Assembly: GCA_964016885.1 (NCBI GenBank)
Contig: OZ024749.1
Location: forward strand, 39,928,001 to 39,992,000
Origin: Eledone cirrhosa
Taxonomy: Eukaryota
Reading direction: 5' to 3'
DNA length: 64,000 bases
Shown: piece after piece, positions 56,263-64,000 of the stretch
Position numbering within the stretch: position 1 is the first letter of the stretch
How the letters are laid out: each line of letters opens with the position of its first letter
The notes under the pieces: model-generated
What the model was told of the DNA's origin: nothing
Seen by the model: only the letters and a program-made list of their open reading frames with translations
The model's database searches: none
Program-made: the position numbers and the translations under genes

Positions 56263-56375
56263 GCGTGTATAATATAAAATGATGCGAAGAATTGCTGTCC
56301 AAACGATGAAATCATTTGGAATTAGAGAACAGTTTTTGGCCATTTAAAGTTCAAAATCTTTCTCTCTCTCTCTCT

Positions 56376-56421
<46 letters not shown>

Positions 56422-56537
56422 CTCTCACTACTCCTTACCGCTCCTCACCCCTCTACCTAACCTAAACGTTGCCACCTGCCATTTGAAAGCACAACTAACA
56501 CCACAGTTTTTCAGAGAAAAAATAAATTGCCAGGACG

Positions 56538-56577
<40 letters not shown>

Positions 56578-57132
56578 ATATTACTACTACTACTGCCACT
56601 ACTACTACTACCACCACCACTACCACTACTACCACCATCACCACCACCACTACTACTACTGCCACCGCCACCACTACCACTACCACTACTACTACTACCA
56701 CTACTACTACTACTACTACCACTAACACTACTAATACCACTACCACTACTGCTACTACTACAACCCCCTCCACTACTACTACTACTATTACCACCACCAC
56801 CACCATCACTACCACTACTACTACTACTACTACTACTGCCACCACCACTACAACTACTGCTACTACTACTACCATCGCTAACACTACTAATACCACCACC
56901 ACTACTATTACATGTGTCTCACATTTTTATCTTAACTCAATCAACTTGATGGAAATGTGAGGAGGTTGTGATTAAGGTTTTATTACTCCTAGGCTTTGGA
57001 GATATTTTTTTTTAACATTTTCATAGGTTTTTATCCGGAAGCCTTTTAGTGTTTGTTTATTAGTTTTCTCTTTTTAGTTTAGTTTTTTTTTTGTTTTTAA
57101 TAATTTGGTGTTGAATTAATTCCTAGAATATA

Positions 57133-57243
57133 GGATTGGCAGAGTCGTTAGAGCATCGGAGAGTATGCTTTGCGGTATATAGTTATGACCCTTTACATTA
57201 TCAGCCCAAATTCCGCCGTGGTAAATTTTGTCTTTCATCCTTC
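57133..57243 (+). mobile_element. Diverged SINE 5' part
   Basis: ggattggcagagtcgttagagcatcgg...ctttcatcc. Confidence 0.65.
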
Positions 57244-57329
57244 AAGAATATTCGTATAGAGACATCAGGGCAGCAAGAAGCTGACCATAATCCCATACTC
57301 CAGCACAGCCTTCCACAGTGTTAATGTTA

Positions 57330-57470
57330 AGGAGCATGGCTTAGTGGTTAGAGCATTGGGCTTGCAATCGAAAGGTTGTGAGTTCAATTCTCGGACCGGG
57401 TGATGTGTTGTTTCCTTGAGTAAGACACTTTATTTCACGTTGCTCCAGTTTACTCAGCTGTAGAAATGAG
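57330..57470 (+). mobile_element. Second tRNA-derived SINE family
   Basis: A-box tggcttagtggt, B-box gagttcaattc, then ccttgagtaagacactttatttcac. Confidence 0.7.
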
Positions 57471-57599
57471 ATGATAGGGACTGGGGTCCATATCTTTGAA
57501 TCCTCCAAGACATCTCCAACGAGATATACCTTGGAGGAGGCCAGCTAAAACTGCATTATGTGAGTTGTCACACACACACACACACACACACTTTCACAG

Positions 57600-57832
57600 C
57601 AGGTCCCAAAGAACGCGGTTTCGTATGCCTTTTCAAGGTCGACAAAACAAGAATATACTTCTTGGCAGTATTCCCACGATTTCTCGAGTACCCATGAGCT
57701 TGGCTGGTCACACTTTGGGATCCAGCCGAATCAGTTTGAGACGGTTGCTTCTGACAGGACCCGCTGGAAGGAGGGCTTGGGGACTCTGCTCCCACGACCC
57801 TTTCTGAAATAAGTGGGTGAAGAAAAAGAAGA
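57600..57832 (+). pseudogene. RTE-like LINE 3' remnant
   Basis: FGIQPNQFETVASDRTRWKE (A.DR..W motif) followed by a GAA-rich tail. Confidence 0.45.
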
Positions 57833-57844
57833 ATCTTCCAATGG

Positions 57845-58122
57845 TTGATAAAATAAAGTACCAGTTATGTACTGGGGTCGATATAATAAACTTTCCCAGC
57901 CCCACAATTTGCAGGCTTTGTGCCCAGATTAGAAACGCTGGACTGGCAGCATAGAGTTATGGCTCTTTACGTTCTGAGTTCAAATCCAGCCTAGTTTAGC
58001 TTTGCTTTTCATCCTTACGCGGTCGATAAAATAAAGTACCAGTCACGCACTGGGGTCGATTTAATCGACTTTCCCCTCCCCCTTCAAATTGCTGGTCTTG
58101 TGCCTATAGTAGCAACAATTAT
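57845..58122 (+). mobile_element. Two tandem truncated SINEs
   Basis: gataaaataaagtaccag...ctggggtcgat core occurs twice. Confidence 0.75.
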
Positions 58123-58732
58123 TGTAACATCACGGGAGAGTCATTTTAGTCATTCAAAAACATGTTTTTTTAAATGTGAAAAGTTTGTTGTAAAGGTTTT
58201 ATTACTGGTAGGCATTGCGGTTGTTTCATTTTATGTTTTTGTTATTTTAAATTTTACACATTTTTTTTATCCGGAAGCATTTTGCTTATTTCTTTGTTTT
58301 TAGTTGTCTTTTTTGTAAATTTTAGATTTTAGGTTGAATTAATTTCTAATATATTATTACAGTTATTATTATTTTAACATCATGGAAGAGTCATTAGTGA
58401 TTTTTAAAAAAATATATATATATATACAAATATAAAATATAAAAAAATATATATATAAATATAAAATATAAAAAAATATATATATATAAATATAAAATAA
58501 TAACAACATAAAATAAGAACAAAATAAAATAAAATAAGATGAAAACAAAATGTTAAATTCACTTTTACATTTATCATTTATTTAGTGGTGTCAAACGATT
58601 CTCCTCGTGGCATGGTCATTGACACAATTCATATGTATGTATTGTGTGTGTGTGTAGGCAGGGCCGGTGCTACCATACAGGCAAACTAGGGCGCTGATTT
58701 CAGGGGGCGCATTTCTCCAAATCAACAACATA

Positions 58733-58815
58733 TATTACCCACTCTACTACCCTAAGTATCGAGTACTCTGGTGCGATATGGTCCACCTGGTTCCTTACCA
58801 CACTTTCTTTGTTTC
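58733..58815. mobile_element. Family P fragment
   Basis: tattacccactctactaccctaagtatcgagtactctggtgcg...ccttaccacactttct. Confidence 0.7.
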
Positions 58816-59014
58816 ATATATAGATTAGTTCTTTCGTTGTTTTTGGTATTGTATGGTTGGGTTTTGCCTACCGCAATTTTCAATTTGTCAAGCTTTTTAA
58901 ACGTAATGTTATTACTCTAAGGACCTACCCTTATTGAGTGCTTTGCTACTCATTCCTTATTGTAGGTCGACTTTGCTTGGCGACAGCCGAAGCTTCGATT
59001 TTACTAAGCTTCCA

Positions 59015-59050
<36 letters not shown>

Positions 59051-59242
59051 CTTGGTTATGGTTTAGCAATGAGTCTTGTTTGATGGTGCTGTGAGTACAC
59101 AGGTGAAACTCTGTAGTAACAAGACTCATCACTTAACTTAAATATTAAACAATATTTAAACGCTACTTCGGTATTGAGTACTCTTTCTCATATCATTATC
59201 ATTATCACTCAGATACATACATACACTTATATATATACATAT

Positions 59243-59648
59243 ATAGGAAAAGAGTCAGGACCCCGACGGCTGAGCTCCGGCCGTTTCGACAGCTAGATCC
59301 GAACGTTCGGACCTTGCTGTCGAACCGGTCGGAGCTCAGCCGTCGGGGTCCTGACTCTTTTCCTATTACCCACTCTACTACCCTAAGTATCGAGTATTCT
59401 GGTGCGTAATAGTCCACTGGTTTCTTACCACACTTTCTTTGTATTATATATATATATATATATAACGAAGGAAATGTGGTAAGGAACCAGGTGGACCATA
59501 ACGCACCAAAGTACTCAATACTTGAAATAGTAGAGTGGGTAATAGGAACCAGTAAGACCCCGACAGCTGAGCTCAAGCCGTTTCGACGGCTAATTCTGGA
59601 ATTAGCCGTCGAAACGGCTTGAGCTCAGCTGTCGGGGTCTTACTGGTT

Positions 59649-59653
<5 letters not shown>
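59243..59653. mobile_element. Two adjacent family P fold-back elements in alternating orientation
   Basis: Palindromes at 59243-59366 (imperfect) and 59542-59653 (perfect arms, 2-nt loop at 59597-59598). Their tails face each other across (TA)n. Confidence 0.8.
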
Positions 59654-59692
<39 letters not shown>

Positions 59693-60294
59693 TGTGTTTT
59701 GTGTGTGTGTGTAGGTCTATCAATTATCTATCTATCTATCTATTGTTTTATCTTCACCACTGTTCCGGCCGTGACCTTTGCCCTAATCGCTGCTTTAAAC
59801 CTTAGTTGTCTTCAAGTGTGATGGATGACCTTGACATTTCTGAAAGATTTAACAATGACTTAACGGAAATGCCCTTCTCTGAACACGCACGCGCACACCT
59901 ACACCCTGAACACTTTCACTCAAATATATATATATGGAGAGAGAGAGAGGGAGAGAGACGAGAGAGAGAGAAGCCCACTTGTAGACACATATACACAGAT
60001 AGACAAATAGGCACATTAACACATATACGCACATACTTGGTACCACTGGTAATTCCACACGTGTCACCTCCATCCCTCACACCACCACTGACACCCCACC
60101 CACTCCACTGTATCCACCGTTAACTGTGACCCACCCTGCAATAATTCGGATCCCATTAGTGGCACCACGCCCACCATTTCCATACCATCACCACCACCCG
60201 ACCACCACTGGCACCACCACCACCCGACCACCACTCCCACCAACACCATTTTTCATCATCACCCATTATCATTATTGCAACATCCGCCGCATTC

Positions 60295-61695
60295 ACCACC
60301 ACCACCACCATTATCACTACTACTATCATCACCGTCACCATCACTACCACTACCACAACCATCACCACCTCAGTCTCACCACATGCACCACCTCAACCTC
60401 ACCACAAGCACCACCCCAACCATCACCATCACCATCACTACCACTACCACAACCACCACTACCACAACCATCACCACCTCAACCTCACCACAAGCACCAC
60501 CCCAACCATCACCATCACCATCACTACCACTACCACAACCACCACCACCTCAACCATCACCACCTCAGTCTCACCACAAGCACCACCTCAACCTCACCAC
60601 AAGCACCACCCCAACCATCACCATCACCATCACTACCACTACCACAACCACCACCACCTCAACCATCACCACCTCAGTCTCACCACAAGCACCACCTCAA
60701 CCTCACCACAAGCACCACCCCAACCATCACCATCACCATCACTACCACTACCACAACCACCACCACCTCAACCATCACCACCTCAGTCTCACCACAAGCA
60801 CCACCTCAACCTCACCACATGCACCACCTCAACCTCACCACAAGCACCACCCCAACCATCACCATCACCATCACCATCACTACCACTACCACAACCACCA
60901 CCACCTCAACCATCACCACCTCAGTCTCACCACATGCACCACCTCAACCTCACCACAAGCACCACCCCAACCATCACCATCACCATCACTACCACTACCA
61001 CAACCACCACCACCTCAACCATCACCACCTCAGTCTCACCACAAGCACCACCTCAACCTCACCACAAGCACCACCTCAACCTCACCACAAGCACCACCCC
61101 AACCATCACCATCACCATCACCATCACCATCACTACCACTACCACAACCATCACCACCTCAGTCTCACCACATGCACCACCTCAACCTCACCACAAGCAC
61201 CACCCCAACCATCACCATCACCATCACTACCACTACCACAACCACCTCAACCTCACCACAAGCACCACCTCAACCTCACCACAAGCACCACCCCAACCAT
61301 CACCATCACCATCACTACCACTACCACAACCACCACCACCTCAACCATCACCACCTCAGTCTCACCACATGCACCACCTCAACCTCACCACAAGCACCAC
61401 TCCAACCATCACCATCACCATCACTACCACTACCACAACCACCACCACCTCAACCATCACCACCTCAGTCTCACCACATGCACCACCTCAACCTCACCAC
61501 AAGCACCACTCCAACCATCACCACCACCATCACCAAAACCACGACCATTATCACCACCACTATCATCACCATCACCATCACCACCACTATCATCACCAGC
61601 ATCACCCCTACCACAACCACCACCACCTCAACCATCACCGCCTCAACCTCACCACAAACACTACCCTAACCATCATCACCAACATCACCACCTCA
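60295..61695. repeat. CAC/CCA-rich compound minisatellite
   Basis: Recurring ctcaacctcaccacaagcacc and ccatcaccatcac blocks. Confidence 0.9.
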
Positions 61696-61836
61696 ACTGA
61701 AGCTCTGCACCAGTAAAGATGCTATAAACATTTAAAATAAATCAGCACTATGACTGCCTCGCATTGAAATTTGAAATTTTTACTTTAATTCTGCAAATTT
61801 TCACAACAATCTTTCCACCACAAACCTTCCAACATT

Positions 61837-62485
61837 GATTGGCAGTATCGGTAGAGGGTCGGACGCCATGCTTTCCAGCATAGTTACGTCCCTTTACGAT
61901 CTGAGTTCAAATCCCGCCGAGGTTGACTTTGCCTTTCATCCTTACGGGGTCGATAAAATAAAGTACCAGTAATGCACTGGGTAATTGCTGGCCTTGTGCC
62001 TAAAGTAGAAACAATTACTAATTTATAAAGAGTCGTGGATTGGCAGTATCGGTAGAGAGTCGGACACCATGCTTTGCAGCATAGAGTTATGGTCCTTTAT
62101 GGTCTGAGTTCAAATTCCTTCGAGGTTAACTTTGCCTTTCATCCTTAAATGGGTCGATAAAATAAAGCACCAGTAACGTACTGGGGTCGATTTAATCGAC
62201 TTCCCCCTCCCCCCTTACAGGCCTTGTGCCTATAGTAGAAATCATTATTATTTTTCCTCGTAGCGGTGGATTGGCAGAATCGGTAGAGTGTCGCACACCC
62301 TGCTTTGCAGCATAGAGTGTAGACCCTTTACATTCTGAGTTCAAATCCAGCGAAGGTTAGCTTTGGCTTTCATCCTTACGGGATCTATAAAATAAAGTAC
62401 CAGGAACGTACTGGGGTGGATTTAATTGACTTTCCTTTCCCCTTACTGTACTGGCCTTGTGCCTATACTAGAAATCATTAATAAT
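61837..62485 (+). mobile_element. Three head-to-tail SINE copies (61837-62020, 62036-62250, 62262-62485)
   Basis: Each has a gattggcag head, B-box, core and ATT-type tail. Confidence 0.87.
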
Positions 62486-62632
62486 TTATTTCAATATACC
62501 TGTTCTTTGGTTTTTACAACATTGATATTCTATTGACTCTAAATATGTTAGTGTGGTCATGTTTATAATTTCTTCCTTAGTCTCATATTGGTAATTTAAA
62601 AAAGCGTGAGCTAATAATAATGGTTTCTTATA

Positions 62633-62782
62633 CAGGCACAAGGCCAGCAATTTATGGATTGGGGTAATCGATTAAATCGAAACCAGTGCATGACTGGTAC
62701 TTTATTTTATCGCCATCGTAAGGATGAAAAGCAAAGCTAAACTTGGCGGAATTTGAACTCAGAAGGTTAAGGGCCGTAACTA
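62633..62782 (-). mobile_element. SINE copy, reverse strand
   Basis: ggcacaaggccagcaa...ctggtactttatttta...gatttgaactcaga. Confidence 0.8.
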
Positions 62783-63081
62783 GACTATAATAATACACAT
62801 GTACAGTATATATGCTTACCCCCCTCCCCATCACAAAACTGAAACGGAAGCTCTGATTTAAGGTATTTTATAGCATCTCCGCGCATGAGGACACCACTCC
62901 TTATATTAAGACTAAAATATTTTTTAGATGAAAGACTCTACCCGAAACGTTACACTTCTCGTTTTCTTCGCGCGAAAACAATTTATTGTACTTTGTGAAC
63001 TTTTTGTGACATTTACATATGTTTACACGTGTTTGTATATAATTTTGTGTGTTTGTGTATATTTGTGTATGGTTTGTATAT

Positions 63082-63112
<31 letters not shown>

Positions 63113-63483
63113 CGCATGGCTTGTGTATATGAGTTTGTGTATAACAGTATATGTTTGTATATGTTTGTGTGTGACTTGGGTATGTCTGTTTGTTTCTGTA
63201 TGGCTTGTGTGTTTATGTATATATGTGTATGGTATGTATATGTTTGTGTTTGTTTATGTATATCTGTGTATGTATGTGTATACATGCGTATGGTTTGTGT
63301 ATGCCCTGTGTCTGCTTATGTATATATGTGTATGGTCTGTTTATGTTTGTGTACGTTTATGTGTGTATGTTTATGTGTGTGCATGTTTATCTGTGTATGT
63401 ATGTGTATACATGAGTATGGTTTGAGTATATATGTGTGTGTTTGTATATATATATATGTGTGTATAGTTTGTCTATTTCTGTG

Positions 63484-63554
<71 letters not shown>

Positions 63555-63726
63555 TTTTTAATATGGCTTGTGTATGTGTGTCTATGTTTACATATATCAA
63601 AGTTGACTTAATTAGCTACTTGTGAGAGATGCTGAAGTGGTGTGGGAGGAAGTGTACAATGATGTCAACAACTAAACAAACGCCTCTTCTAGTTTGTTCC
63701 AAGGACTTAGACATCTTTGAAGAACA

Positions 63727-63775
<49 letters not shown>

Positions 63776-64000
63776 TGAAACTGGAAGAGATACTGAGAGA
63801 GGGAGAGAGAGAAAGAGAGGTGTCGAGAGAACAATAGAGAGAGAGAGCGAGAGAGATATTGAGGGAGAGGGGGTGGTGTGGGGGGAGGGGGGAGGTGAGA
63901 ACAACAGAGAGAGACATTGAGAGAAAGGGAGAGGTGGAGGAGGTGGTGATGGGAGAACAATGGAGAGAGACGAGAAGAGAGAGAGAGAGAGAGGGGGGGG

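Noticed and set aside
57330-57400. tRNA gene
   Set aside because: A and B boxes are present but continue into a SINE body, with no full cloverleaf or terminator.

Overview
Eukaryotic, microsatellite-saturated DNA with no host gene I can support. The SINE, LINE and microsatellite landscape looks like an octopus (coleoid cephalopod) genome; this is an inference. The only long real coding sequence is a near-intact ~5.7 kb L1/Tx1-clade non-LTR retrotransposon (26783-32487). Its ORF1 has a CCHC knuckle and is split by one frameshift. Its ORF2 is APE-RT-CCHC and has no AUG before the endonuclease. It sits in a (TATC)n tract directly behind a 5'-truncated relative. The rest is a 13 kb 51-bp minisatellite, other mini/microsatellites, many tRNA-derived SINEs, RTE-clade fragments and MITEs. 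Three less obvious layers: (i) four complete type I hammerhead ribozyme motifs in short modules bounded by TA/CA microsatellite, plus a dispersed family that keeps only the 3' half of a hammerhead and folds back at the presumed stem II; (ii) two RTE-type insertions with twin-priming-style 5' inversions; (iii) an apparent partition of retroelement families among different microsatellite motifs. Almost all other ORFs in the track are translations of simple repeats. Boundaries were read by eye and may be off by a few nt.
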